Origin: Candidatus Vogelbacteria bacterium
Lineage (GTDB): Bacteria > Patescibacteriota > Minisyncoccia > Phycocordibacterales > XYD1-FULL-46-19
Assembly (NCBI GenBank): GCA_903864935.1
Contig: CAIPHT010000015.1
Location: 6,618-70,617, forward strand
Reading direction: 5' to 3'
DNA length: 64,000 bases
The first letter of the stretch is position 1; each line of letters opens with the position of its first letter. A program made the translations under genes and the position numbers. Shown here one piece after another: positions 1 through 8,230 of this stretch. The notes under the pieces were generated by a model. It did no database searches and had not been told where the DNA came from. It saw only the letters and a program-made list of their open reading frames with translations.

Positions 1-867
1 GCCGGTGATGTTATCCCGGATATCGTGCGGGTGCTTACTGAGTTACGCACGGGTAAGGAAAAAGTTTTTAAATGGCCAACGAGTCTTGAGGCTTGCTCGG
101 GCCCCATCGAGCGTATCCCGGGACAAGCAGCATGGCGTTGTGTCGATAAGAATTCTTATGCTCAACAGAAGCGCAAATTTTATCACTTTACTTCTAAGCA
201 TGCCTTCGATATTGAGAATCTCGGCCCGAAGATTGTTGATCAATTGATGGATGGGGGCTTGCTCGCTACTTATGCTGATATCTTCAGATTAGAGAAGGGC
301 GATCTCTTGGCTTTGCCTCGTTTTGCGGAGAAGTCGGCTGACAATTTAATCAAGTCTATTAATGAGCGCCGAACAATAGAACTCTCAAGATTTATTGTGG
401 GACTCTCTATCCCTAATGTGGGCGAAGAAACGGCCGAAGACGTGGCCGAACATTTTGGCACTCTGTCTAAAATTCAAAATGTAAAAGTAGAAGAACTCCA
501 AGCGATAGAGGGTGTAGGGGGGATTGTGGCTCAGTCTATTTATGACTGGTTCCGTGATTCTAACAACAATAACCTTGTCCAGGCATTGCTTAGCCAAATT
601 AGCATTTCCCACGAGACTAAGTCTCGTGGCAAAGAAGCTGGGAAGTTAAGAGGCAAGACCTTCGTCCTGACCGGCACCTTGCCGACACTCTCGCGAGATG
701 AAGCCAAGGTGCTAATTAAGAAAAATGGCGGCGAAGTCTCAAGTGCTGTCTCGTCTAAGACGAGTTATGTCTTGGCGGGCAGTGAGGCAGGCTCCAAACT
801 CAAGCAAGCTGAGCGATTAAATGTTACAATCATTAGCGAAACAGAGTTTTATAAATTGATAAAGTAA
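1..867 (+). CDS. ligA: NAD-dependent DNA ligase, C-terminal part (truncated by window start)
   Basis: Frame open from base 1 (AGDVIP), HhH repeats (GLSIPNVGEETA, IEGVGG), C-terminal BRCT (GKTFVLTGTL...SSAVSSKTSYVLAG..AGSKL). Confidence 0.97.
   Translation, partial: AGDVIPDIVRVLTELRTGKEKVFKWPTSLEACSGPIERIPGQAAWRCVDKNSYAQQKRKFYHFTSKHAFDIENLGPKIVDQLMDGGLLATYADIFRLEKGDLLALPRFAEKSADNLIKSINERRTIELSRFIVGLSIPNVGEETAEDVAEHFGTLSKIQNVKVEELQAIEGVGGIVAQSIYDWFRDSNNNNLVQALLSQISISHETKSRGKEAGKLRGKTFVLTGTLPTLSRDEAKVLIKKNGGEVSSAVSSKTSYVLAGSEAGSKLKQAERLNVTIISETEFYKLIK
609..629. repeat. 21-bp perfect palindrome in the ligA HhH-BRCT linker
   Basis: CCACGAGACT-A-AGTCTCGTGG, read in frame as part of SHETKSRG. Confidence 0.75.
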
Positions 868-873
868 AAAATG

Positions 874-913
874 ATGTTAACACTTTTTGACGGCCGTCAA
901 AAAGTGTTAACAT
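874..913. repeat. 40-bp perfect palindrome, TGACG-NN-CGTCA family
   Basis: ATGTTAACACTTTTTGACGG/CCGTCAAAAAGTGTTAACAT; 895-914 is identical to 39534-39553. Confidence 0.9.
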
Positions 914-924
914 TAAGAAAAATT

Positions 925-1641
925 ATGAGTGATTTAATTAACTACCCCATTCGAATAAATAGATATCTTGAGCTACAAGGTGTAGCGACTAGGCGTGGCG
1001 CGGATGACCTGATTGCTGAAGGTTTGGTTTTTGTGAATGGCAAGAGAGCCGTCCTCGGTTATAAAGTTAATAAAAATGATAAGGTTGAAGTCTCGCCCAA
1101 GGCGGGGATTAAGGAGAAGGTCTTCGAATATTTTGCGTTCTACAAACCGCGCGGGATTGTTACTCACTCACCACAAGAAGATGAGAGAGAGATTTCGGAT
1201 CTAACTAAGCGCAAAGATATTTTTCCCCTTGGACGTCTCGATAAAGAATCTGAAGGTTTAATTATCCTTACTAACGATGGCCGTATCACCGACCGTTTGC
1301 TTAATCCGAAGTATGAGCACGAGAAGGAGTATGAGGTAGAGGTAAAAGAGAAAGTTTCTCCCATGCATAAGAAGATTCTTGAGGGTGGGATTATTTCGCT
1401 CCGGGAAATGCTCAAAGCCAAACACGTGGAGATTACGGGGCCAAGCACGATGACCATACTCCTAACTGAAGGTAAGAAGCATCAAATTCGCCGCATGTTA
1501 GATGGCGCTCATTTGACAGTGAAGAGCCTAAAGAGGGTGCGAGTGATGAACATAAAACTAGGCAAATTACGCTCTGGTGAGTGGCGCGCTCTTGGTGGTA
1601 AAGAACTCTCTGATTTCTTCTCCGAAATTGGCCTAAAATAA
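925..1641 (+). CDS. RsuA/RluB/RluF-family pseudouridine synthase with S4 domain
   Basis: S4 motif (RINRYL..QGVATRRGAD), catalytic GRLDKESEGL, EGKKHQIRRM; ATG 925 preferred over 871, whose extension runs through the palindrome. Confidence 0.92.
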   Translation: MSDLINYPIRINRYLELQGVATRRGADDLIAEGLVFVNGKRAVLGYKVNKNDKVEVSPKAGIKEKVFEYFAFYKPRGIVTHSPQEDEREISDLTKRKDIFPLGRLDKESEGLIILTNDGRITDRLLNPKYEHEKEYEVEVKEKVSPMHKKILEGGIISLREMLKAKHVEITGPSTMTILLTEGKKHQIRRMLDGAHLTVKSLKRVRVMNIKLGKLRSGEWRALGGKELSDFFSEIGLK

Positions 1642-1656
1642 GGAGTTTTTTGGCTC

Positions 1657-1686
1657 TTGACAAGTAGGGTGTTTTGGGTGTATAAT
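1657..1686 (+). promoter_or_regulatory. sigma70-type promoter
   Basis: TTGACA (1657) - 18 nt - TATAAT (1681). Confidence 0.65.
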
Positions 1687-1751
1687 AAAAAGGTATTTGA
1701 ACATGTAAAACTGTATGCAGGCTTTGGCCGCGTACTTAAGAAAGGACTGTC

Positions 1752-2030
1752 GTGAAAAAGTATGCTATTTCCGTTGCCGTTTGTCTTCTCGTCTCGGCCC
1801 TCATTTTTGGTGGAACGGGACCGGTGTGGTGCCTCATCGGACTTTTCGAGGCTTGGGCATTCGGAAAGATGAGCCAGTCGACCTACACCCTCCTGCTTTG
1901 GAAGAGCACTGACAGAGAAGGTCTCTCTTACTGGAAGAGTGGATACCGAAAAGTGTCGGGCTGGATCACCATTATGGTTTTGGGCCCACTGGCCATCTTC
2001 TGGATGATGGGCCGGTATGCCCAGCTCTAG
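1752..2030 (+). CDS. small orphan membrane protein
   Basis: GTG start after AAAGGA SD, hydrophobic segments, own promoter and downstream hairpin. Confidence 0.65.
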   Translation: MKKYAISVAVCLLVSALIFGGTGPVWCLIGLFEAWAFGKMSQSTYTLLLWKSTDREGLSYWKSGYRKVSGWITIMVLGPLAIFWMMGRYAQL

Positions 2031-2128
2031 GCCCACCGTTTTTTTTGCCCTGTTGCGAGGCCCTGCCTCCAACAGGGCCTTCGTGTTTTCAATTTTCAAA
2101 ACTTATTTTTAATGCTATACTGGCCCGT

Positions 2129-2428
2129 ATGTTAGAGCGAAAAGATATTGATAATCTGGCGAATTTGGCCAGAATTGCCTTGTCTGAAGAAGAGAAGGAC
2201 AAGCTCCAGAAGGATATGGAGTCTATTTTGGGCTATATTGGCGAATTGCAAAAGGCCCCCTCCTTCGCTGAAGCTTCGGAGGGCAAGCCCGGTAATCATT
2301 ATCTTCGTAACGTTATGCGTGAAGATGTTGAGCCTTTTGAGGCGGGAGCAAATACCGAATCAATTTTATCGCAAGCGCCTAAGCGTCGCGGTGATTATTT
2401 TGTGGTGAAGAAAATACTCGACAATTAG
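2129..2428 (+). CDS. gatC: Asp/Glu-tRNA amidotransferase subunit C
   Basis: DIDNLANLARIAL...NVMRED...APKRRGDYFVVKKI; directly upstream of gatA; contains an in-frame hairpin insertion. Confidence 0.93.
   Translation: MLERKDIDNLANLARIALSEEEKDKLQKDMESILGYIGELQKAPSFAEASEGKPGNHYLRNVMREDVEPFEAGANTESILSQAPKRRGDYFVVKKILDN
2258..2287. mobile_element. 30-nt in-frame hairpin mini-element in gatC
   Basis: CCCTCC-TTCGCTGAAGCTTC-GGAGGG-CAAG, encoding PSFAEASEGK. Confidence 0.75.
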
Positions 2429-2438
2429 ATTGTCTCAA

Positions 2439-2461
2439 AATTTCTAATTTCTAATTTCTAA
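2439..2461. repeat. heptamer tandem repeat (AATTTCT)x3
   Basis: aatttct aatttct aatttct aa between gatC and gatA. Confidence 0.7.
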
Positions 2462-2477
2462 ATTTAAAAACTAACAA

Positions 2478-3977
2478 ATGAAACTAACTGCAGAAAAACT
2501 AAAGGATTTGACTATTCGATCAGCGCACGAGGCGTTGATGAAGGGGGACTTCACGGCGGTTGAATTAGCTGAGGCTTACTTGGCCGAGATTGAGAAGAAG
2601 AATCCCGAGCTCAATGCTTATCTTGAAGTTTTTGCGGATGTTATTGATCAGGCTAAAGAGGCTGATAGAAAAATTGCTGAAGCCAAGAAAGAAGGGAAAG
2701 AAAGCGAGCTCGATATTTTGATTGGTATTCCCATGGCCATTAAAGATAATATTTTGATCAAGGGGCGCATTGCCTCATCGGCCTCGAAGATGCTTGAGAA
2801 TTATACGGCAACTTATAGTGCTACTGTTATTGAAAAATTAAAAGCCAAAGGGGTTGTCTTTTTGGGCCGAACAAACATGGATGAATTTGCGATGGGTGGT
2901 TCTACCGAGAACTCTGCTTATGGTATTACCAAGAATCCCCATGACCCTACTTGTGTTCCTGGTGGTTCCTCTGGTGGCTCAGCGACAGCCGTTGGAGGTA
3001 ATATGTGCCTCGCGGCCTTAGGTTCAGACACTGGTGGTTCGATTCGTCAGCCGTCGGCCTTTTGCGGGACCGTTGGTCTCAAGCCAACTTATGGCTCGGT
3101 CTCTCGTTATGGCGTGATGGCCATGGCCTCATCGCTCGATCAGATTGGACCGATTGCTAAGACGGTGGAGGATGCGGAGATTATCTATGATGCTATTCGC
3201 GGCTTCGATCGCTACGACTCTACTAGCTATGACTTGCCCGAAATACCCGCCTCCGCTAAGAGCTTCGGCGAGGCGAGGAAGATTAAAATAGGCGTACCTG
3301 AATCTTTCTTAAACCAAGGTGGTATTGATGAAGTTGTACTCAAGAACTTCCGTGAGACTCTGGCTAAGTTAGAGAAGGCGGGTTGTGAGATTAAGACGGT
3401 TGAGATGCCTAATCTCCATTATTCTCTCGCCACTTATTACATTACTGTTTTCTCTGAAGTCTCGGCCAATATGGCTCGTTTCGACGGGGTGCGTTATGGC
3501 TCGCACTTAGAGGGCAAAGATTTGCTCGAAGATTATATGAAGACGCGTGGTGAGAAACTTGGCCGTGAAGTTCGTCGTCGCATCATGCTCGGCACCTACG
3601 TGCTCTCGGCCGGCTACTATGATGCTTATTATAATAAGGCGACACAAGTGCGCGAATTGATTCGTCGTGATTATGCTAAAGCTTTCGACGAAGTGGATAT
3701 CGTGGCGACCCCAGTTGCTCCGTCATCAGCTTATCCGATTGGCAAGAATACCAATGACCCGCTCCAGATGTATCTAGAAGATATCTTCACTGTGCCGATC
3801 AATATGGCGGGTGTCCCTGGGATGGCGGTGCCAACCCGCCTAGGCTCGTCCGAGCTTCGGCGAGGCGAGGCAGGCAACACGGATCACTTGCCACTCTCGA
3901 TCCAAATAGTTGCCCCCTGGCGCAGGGATGACATTTTGTTCACACTTGGTAAAATAATAGAATCATGCCGGGCTTAA
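2478..3977 (+). CDS. gatA: Asp/Glu-tRNA amidotransferase subunit A
   Basis: Amidase signature GGSSGGS, GSDTGGSIRQP, RRRIMLGTYVLSAGYYDAYY. Confidence 0.98.
   Translation: MKLTAEKLKDLTIRSAHEALMKGDFTAVELAEAYLAEIEKKNPELNAYLEVFADVIDQAKEADRKIAEAKKEGKESELDILIGIPMAIKDNILIKGRIASSASKMLENYTATYSATVIEKLKAKGVVFLGRTNMDEFAMGGSTENSAYGITKNPHDPTCVPGGSSGGSATAVGGNMCLAALGSDTGGSIRQPSAFCGTVGLKPTYGSVSRYGVMAMASSLDQIGPIAKTVEDAEIIYDAIRGFDRYDSTSYDLPEIPASAKSFGEARKIKIGVPESFLNQGGIDEVVLKNFRETLAKLEKAGCEIKTVEMPNLHYSLATYYITVFSEVSANMARFDGVRYGSHLEGKDLLEDYMKTRGEKLGREVRRRIMLGTYVLSAGYYDAYYNKATQVRELIRRDYAKAFDEVDIVATPVAPSSAYPIGKNTNDPLQMYLEDIFTVPINMAGVPGMAVPTRLGSSELRRGEAGNTDHLPLSIQIVAPWRRDDILFTLGKIIESCRA
3246..3278. mobile_element. 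33-nt in-frame hairpin mini-element in gatA
   Basis: CCCGCCTCCGCTAAGAGCTTCGGCGAGGCGAGG, encoding PASAKSFGEAR. Confidence 0.7.
3835..3874. mobile_element. in-frame hairpin mini-element in gatA C-terminus (boundaries approximate)
   Basis: CCCGCCTAGGCTCGTCCGAGCTTCGGCGAGGCGAGGCAGG; shares GAGCTTCGGCGAGGCGAGG with the 3246 element; lengthens the normally short VP-x-G...LP linker. Confidence 0.7.
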
Positions 3978-4558
3978 ATTTTGATTACCTCTTATATGTA
4001 TTTTATGACTTCTTGGCGACCTTGTGGCGAATGATTTTCGATCCTTCTTTGCGATCGGGTCTCTTTAGTTGGTTTGATTGGTTGTGGTGGGTTTGCCTTA
4101 TCGTCTCTTTGCCTCTTTTGGCTGGTCTCATTTATTTTGTTTATAGTTACGAACAGATTCTGAAGGAACAACGCGAGAGGGTCTATGGTAAGCCTGGTAA
4201 TATTGTGGAGGCAGTTAAAGAAGATTTGGTTGTCGCTCCACCGGTGCGCAATGAAGCTTGGGAAAGGGTAACGAAGTTAATTGGCTCAGATAATCCAAAT
4301 GATTGGAAGTTTGCTATTATTGAGGCTGATAAAATACTCGAAATGGTTGTTGATACTTTTGCTGTGCCAGGAGATAATATGGGAGACAAAATGAAGAATA
4401 TTGAGCGTGGCGATTTCCAAACTATTGATGAGGCTTGGCAAGCACACAAGATTCGTAATCGAATTGCTCACGAGAGTAATTATCACATTAGTCAAAGAGA
4501 GGCCCGAATGGCCATAGCCAATTTCGAAAAAGTTTTTCAGGAATTTGACTTTATCTAG
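3965..4558 (+). CDS. membrane-anchored protein with HEPN-like C-terminus
   Basis: N-terminal TM segments; AIIEADK...AWQAHKIRNRIAHE (RxxxxH). Confidence 0.7.
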   Translation: MPGLNFDYLLYVFYDFLATLWRMIFDPSLRSGLFSWFDWLWWVCLIVSLPLLAGLIYFVYSYEQILKEQRERVYGKPGNIVEAVKEDLVVAPPVRNEAWERVTKLIGSDNPNDWKFAIIEADKILEMVVDTFAVPGDNMGDKMKNIERGDFQTIDEAWQAHKIRNRIAHESNYHISQREARMAIANFEKVFQEFDFI

Positions 4559-4577
4559 CTTGATAGTATAATTAGAG

Positions 4578-4648
4578 AGCGGGGTAGAGTAATGGTAATT
4601 CGTAAGGCTCATAACCTTGAGACGCCGGTCCGAATCCGGCCCCCGCAA
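4578..4648 (+). tRNA. tRNA-fMet (CAT)
   Basis: Cloverleaf, 1:72 mismatch, anticodon loop CTCATAA, stem AAGG/CCTT. Confidence 0.9.
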
Positions 4649-4707
4649 CCGCGTAAAGAAAAAGACAAGTTGAAAAACTTGTCTTTTTCGGTTAAGATGT
4701 ACCCATT

Positions 4708-4784
4708 GTCGGCGTAGCTCAGTTGGTTAGAGCGTGGGACTCATAAGCCCAAGGTCGGAGGTTCGATTCCTCCCGCCGACACCA
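4708..4784 (+). tRNA. tRNA-Met (CAT), elongator (Ile2 not excluded)
   Basis: GTCGGCG/CGCCGAC acceptor stem, CAT anticodon, encoded CCA. Confidence 0.88.
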
Positions 4785-4868
4785 CGTAAAGTCTTACTTT
4801 AGCGTGACCACGTGGCATAGCCCCTTTGATTTGATAATCTTGGGAGATTATGTCAAAATAGGACGTCT

Positions 4869-4943
4869 GCGGTCGTAGCTCAATTTGGTTAGAGCATCCG
4901 CCTGTCACGCGGAAGGTTGCCGGTTCAAGTCCGGTCGACCGCG
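4869..4943 (+). tRNA. tRNA-Asp (GTC)
   Basis: GCGGTCG/CGACCGC acceptor stem, loop CTGTCAC, discriminator G. Confidence 0.95.
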
Positions 4944-4973
4944 CAGAATAAGTTCTTTAAAATAGAAATACAT

Positions 4974-5046
4974 GCCGTTGTAGCTCAGTTGGTAGAGCAC
5001 GTCATTGGTAATGACGAGGTCGACAGTTCAATCCTGTCCAACGGCT
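4974..5046 (+). tRNA. tRNA-Thr (GGT)
   Basis: GCCGTTG/CAACGGC acceptor stem, loop TTGGTAA. Confidence 0.95.
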
Positions 5047-5076
5047 CCGAGCAATAAAAGGTGACCATCTCAAAAT

Positions 5077-5105
5077 TTGACACTGGTCTACGTGTTTTAT
5101 ATAAT
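5077..5105 (+). promoter_or_regulatory. consensus sigma70 promoter for HNH / tRNA-Thr / prfB
   Basis: TTGACA-17-TATAAT, ending 6 nt before ATG 5112. Confidence 0.8.
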
Positions 5106-5111
5106 TAAGAC

Positions 5112-5567
5112 ATGTTGAGACCGAAGATAGCTAACGATGGATGTTTGGTTTGTGGCAAAGAGAAAGCCCGGGCTAAGTATAAATATTGCAGTAATGCCTG
5201 CCAGATTGAATATCAGTATCAATCTTATATTAAGAGTTGGAAAGAAGGTAAAGAGAGTGGATTGCAAGGCTTAGGTATCGTCTCTGGTTATGTTAAGAGG
5301 TACTTAAGAATAAAATTCAAAAATAAATGTTGTCTATGTGGTTGGTCAAAAATTAATACGAAAATAGGATATTCTCCATTGGTTGCGGATCATATTGATG
5401 GAAATTGGCGAAATAACAAAGAGAGCAATCTTCGCTTAATTTGTCCAAATTGTGACTCGCTGACGTCAACGTATGCGGGATTAAATAGAGGGAAAGGAAG
5501 GGGTAATCGGGTTAGAAGCAAAAGGGCAACAGAGGGTCGTGGTTATGCTACAAATAAGCCGTCCTAG
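5112..5567 (+). CDS. HNH endonuclease with zinc-finger motifs
   Basis: CxxC...YCSNAC, CCLCG, DHIDGNWRNNKESNLRLICPNCDS; stop codon lies inside tRNA-Thr(CGT). Confidence 0.9.
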   Translation: MLRPKIANDGCLVCGKEKARAKYKYCSNACQIEYQYQSYIKSWKEGKESGLQGLGIVSGYVKRYLRIKFKNKCCLCGWSKINTKIGYSPLVADHIDGNWRNNKESNLRLICPNCDSLTSTYAGLNRGKGRGNRVRSKRATEGRGYATNKPS

Positions 5568-5630
5568 CTCAATTGGTAGAGCAATGGTATCGTAAACCAT
5601 AGGTTGTCGGTTCAATTCCGACGGACGGCT
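5558..5630 (+). tRNA. tRNA-Thr (CGT)
   Basis: GCCGTCC/GGACGGC acceptor stem, ATGGT-ATCGTAA-ACCAT anticodon arm. Confidence 0.93.
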
Positions 5631-5634
5631 CAGT

Positions 5635-6504
5635 ATGGATGAAATCAAACAAAAAATAGAAGCGATAGAAGCAGAGATGCTCCAGCCGGATTTTTGGTCC
5701 AATAAAGATTTGGCCCAAGAAAAAATTAAAGAGCTGAATCAACTTAAAGAAGATTTAGCCGGGGTTAATAAATATGACAAGAGTGATGCCATTATCACTA
5801 TCTTTGCTGGAGCGGGGGGCGATGATGCGGAGGATTGGGCGCGTATGCTCTTCGAGATGTATTTTAAGTGGGCCGATAACCACAAGTTTGAGTTCGCTCT
5901 TATCCACCAGAATATGAATGATCGCAATGGTTATCGCAATGTCACCTTCGAACTTCGTGGTAAAGGTGTTTATGGTTTGCTTAAGAACGAATCGGGCGTG
6001 CATCGCTTGGTGCGCATCTCTCCTTTTAACGCCAAGAGCTTGCGTCACACCTCTTTTGCTTTGGTTGAAGTTATCCCGCGCTTTGAGAAGATGGGAGAGA
6101 TTAAGATCCCCGATGACGACCTGAAGATTGAGTTTGCGCGTTCCTCTGGTCCGGGCGGTCAGAATGTTAATAAACGAGAGACGGCGGTGCGTATTGTCCA
6201 TTTGTCAACAAACATCGCTGTCCATGTTGATTCAGAACGGTCCCAGCTCCAGAATCGAGAGAAGGCGATGGCGATTTTGGCCGGCAAGCTCTACAAGAAA
6301 GCGGAGGAAGATCGGCAAAAAGCGGAGAAGGGTATGTATGTGAGTAAGACGACCGAGATCGAGTGGGGTAGTCAGATTCGCTCTTATGTCTTGCATCCTT
6401 ATAAAATGGTTAAGGATCACCGAACAGAAATAGAGACTAGTGATGTGGAGGCGGTCTTGTCTGGGGATTTAGATGTTTTCCTTGAAGCCGAAAAAGGTTT
6501 ATAA
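5635..6504 (+). CDS. prfB: peptide chain release factor 2 (short form)
   Basis: SPF peptide anticodon (RISPF), GGQ motif, WGSQIRSYVLHPY. Confidence 0.95.
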   Translation: MDEIKQKIEAIEAEMLQPDFWSNKDLAQEKIKELNQLKEDLAGVNKYDKSDAIITIFAGAGGDDAEDWARMLFEMYFKWADNHKFEFALIHQNMNDRNGYRNVTFELRGKGVYGLLKNESGVHRLVRISPFNAKSLRHTSFALVEVIPRFEKMGEIKIPDDDLKIEFARSSGPGGQNVNKRETAVRIVHLSTNIAVHVDSERSQLQNREKAMAILAGKLYKKAEEDRQKAEKGMYVSKTTEIEWGSQIRSYVLHPYKMVKDHRTEIETSDVEAVLSGDLDVFLEAEKGL

Positions 6505-6512
6505 TAAGGACA

Positions 6513-7190
6513 ATGATTTACTTTGATAAAGTTTGCAAAATTTACTCTAATTCAGTGGCTTTAGAGGACGTGACCTTCACTGTTCTGCCAGGAGAGTTTA
6601 TCTCTATTGTTGGTCATTCTGGCGCCGGCAAGACAACTCTCCTGAAGATGATTCTGGCCGAAGATTGCCCAACTTCGGGTAATGTTTATTTTGACTCTGT
6701 CGATATTCATAAAGTTAGCAAAGGTAAATTGCCGTTACTTCGTCGTCGCATCGGGTCGGTTTTTCAAGACTTTCGCCTTTTGCCCAATAAGACCGCTTAT
6801 GAGAATATCGCTTTTACTATGGAGGCCTCTGGCCGGCCAGACGACGAGATTAAGTCTGATATTCCTCACGTGCTTGAACTTGTGGGCTTGGGGGGCAAGC
6901 TAGCTAATTTCCCACACGAACTTTCTGGGGGGGAGAGACAGCGCCTGGCGATTGCTCGGGCCATTATCAATCAACCTGACCTTCTTATTGCTGATGAACC
7001 AACAGGCAATCTTGATCCGATTAATACAGCGGAGATTATTGAAATTTTCAAGAAAATTAATCAGATCGGCACGACGGTGATACTTACCACTCACAATAAG
7101 AAAGTCATCGATAGTCTTGGTCGACGAGTTATCACTTTAGATCAGGGCCGGGTGGTGAGAGATGACAAGGAGGGTAAGTATGCTTTATAA
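6513..7190 (+). CDS. ftsE: cell division ATP-binding protein
   Basis: GHSGAGKTT, VFQDFRLL, LSGGE, ADEPTGNLD; upstream of ftsX. Confidence 0.95.
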   Translation: MIYFDKVCKIYSNSVALEDVTFTVLPGEFISIVGHSGAGKTTLLKMILAEDCPTSGNVYFDSVDIHKVSKGKLPLLRRRIGSVFQDFRLLPNKTAYENIAFTMEASGRPDDEIKSDIPHVLELVGLGGKLANFPHELSGGERQRLAIARAIINQPDLLIADEPTGNLDPINTAEIIEIFKKINQIGTTVILTTHNKKVIDSLGRRVITLDQGRVVRDDKEGKYAL

Positions 7191-7198
7191 TTAAAATA

Positions 7199-8116
7199 AT
7201 GGTTTGGATTAATATCAAAAGAATTCTTAAGCTTGGTTTTGTCAATTTTTGGCGCAACGGCTTAGTCTCGGTGGCTTCGGTCTTTGCTATGACCATTACT
7301 CTATTTGCGATTGGTTCTATTTATCTGGGGACTAATTTCTTAAACTCAGCTTTGAGCGAAGTTAAGAATAAGGTGGATATTAGTATTGCCTTCAAGCTTG
7401 ATGCGCCAGAGGATCAAATTGTCGCCTTGCAAAAAGATTTGACTCTTTTGCCCGAAGTTAAAGAAGTTGTTTATTCTTCTAAGGATCAAGAGCTCACCGC
7501 TTTTCGTGCTCGGCATCAAGACAACGCTGTTTTAATTGGTTCTCTCGACGAAGTTGGCAATCCTTTTGGCGCGCGACTTAATATCCGAGCAGTTGATCCG
7601 ACCCAATATGAAAAAATTGCTCGCTTTATCGGTACTAAGAACGACCCGTCCACGGGTGGCGGCAACATTATTGATCAGGTTAGTTATAAGAAAGATGTTG
7701 TCGACAAGATGGCTGATCTTATAAACACGAGTCAGCGTGTTGGTTGGGCAGTGGCTCTGGTTCTAGCCTTGCTTTCTATTTTTGCCGTCTTTAATACCAT
7801 CTCTCTCGCTATCTATACTTCGCGCGAAGAAATCTCAGTGATGCGTCTAGTGGGGGCCGGCAACCCCTACGTTAAAGGTCCCTTTATGATTGAGGGCGTT
7901 ATTGCTGGAGTTATTGCTTCACTCTTGGCCCTAATCTTGCTCTACCCGAGTGTGCTCTGGGTGAGAGATACCACCGTGGGTGTTTATGGAGGGATTAATC
8001 TCGTCTCTTTCTACTTCAGCAATTTTGGTATTATTCTTGTCTTGTTGTTGGGCTCGGGCATTCTTCTTGGACTTCTCGCCAGCTACTGGGCTGTTCGTCG
8101 TTACGCCAAAATTTAA
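7199..8116 (+). CDS. ftsX: cell division permease-like protein
   Basis: 4 TM topology, REEISVMRLVGA..YVKGPFMIEG. Confidence 0.93.
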   Translation: MVWINIKRILKLGFVNFWRNGLVSVASVFAMTITLFAIGSIYLGTNFLNSALSEVKNKVDISIAFKLDAPEDQIVALQKDLTLLPEVKEVVYSSKDQELTAFRARHQDNAVLIGSLDEVGNPFGARLNIRAVDPTQYEKIARFIGTKNDPSTGGGNIIDQVSYKKDVVDKMADLINTSQRVGWAVALVLALLSIFAVFNTISLAIYTSREEISVMRLVGAGNPYVKGPFMIEGVIAGVIASLLALILLYPSVLWVRDTTVGVYGGINLVSFYFSNFGIILVLLLGSGILLGLLASYWAVRRYAKI

Positions 8117-8230
8117 ATAAAATCATATGAAAGACACCAACATCTCCTCCCCACCATAAACAGGGGGATGAGGCCCGTTGGTTCTTTTTGTTATATTAAT
8201 AAAGTCATTGTCTAATTTTTAAAAAGTAAG

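Noticed and set aside
5600-5720. Programmed +1 frameshift in prfB
   Set aside because: No CTT-TGA site or upstream frame; the upstream sequence is tRNA-Thr.
8133-8190. pyrG attenuator or riboswitch
   Set aside because: The imperfect hairpin lies upstream of the likely pyrG -10 box, so it fits an ftsX terminator or decayed repeat better; no known riboswitch consensus is recognisable.
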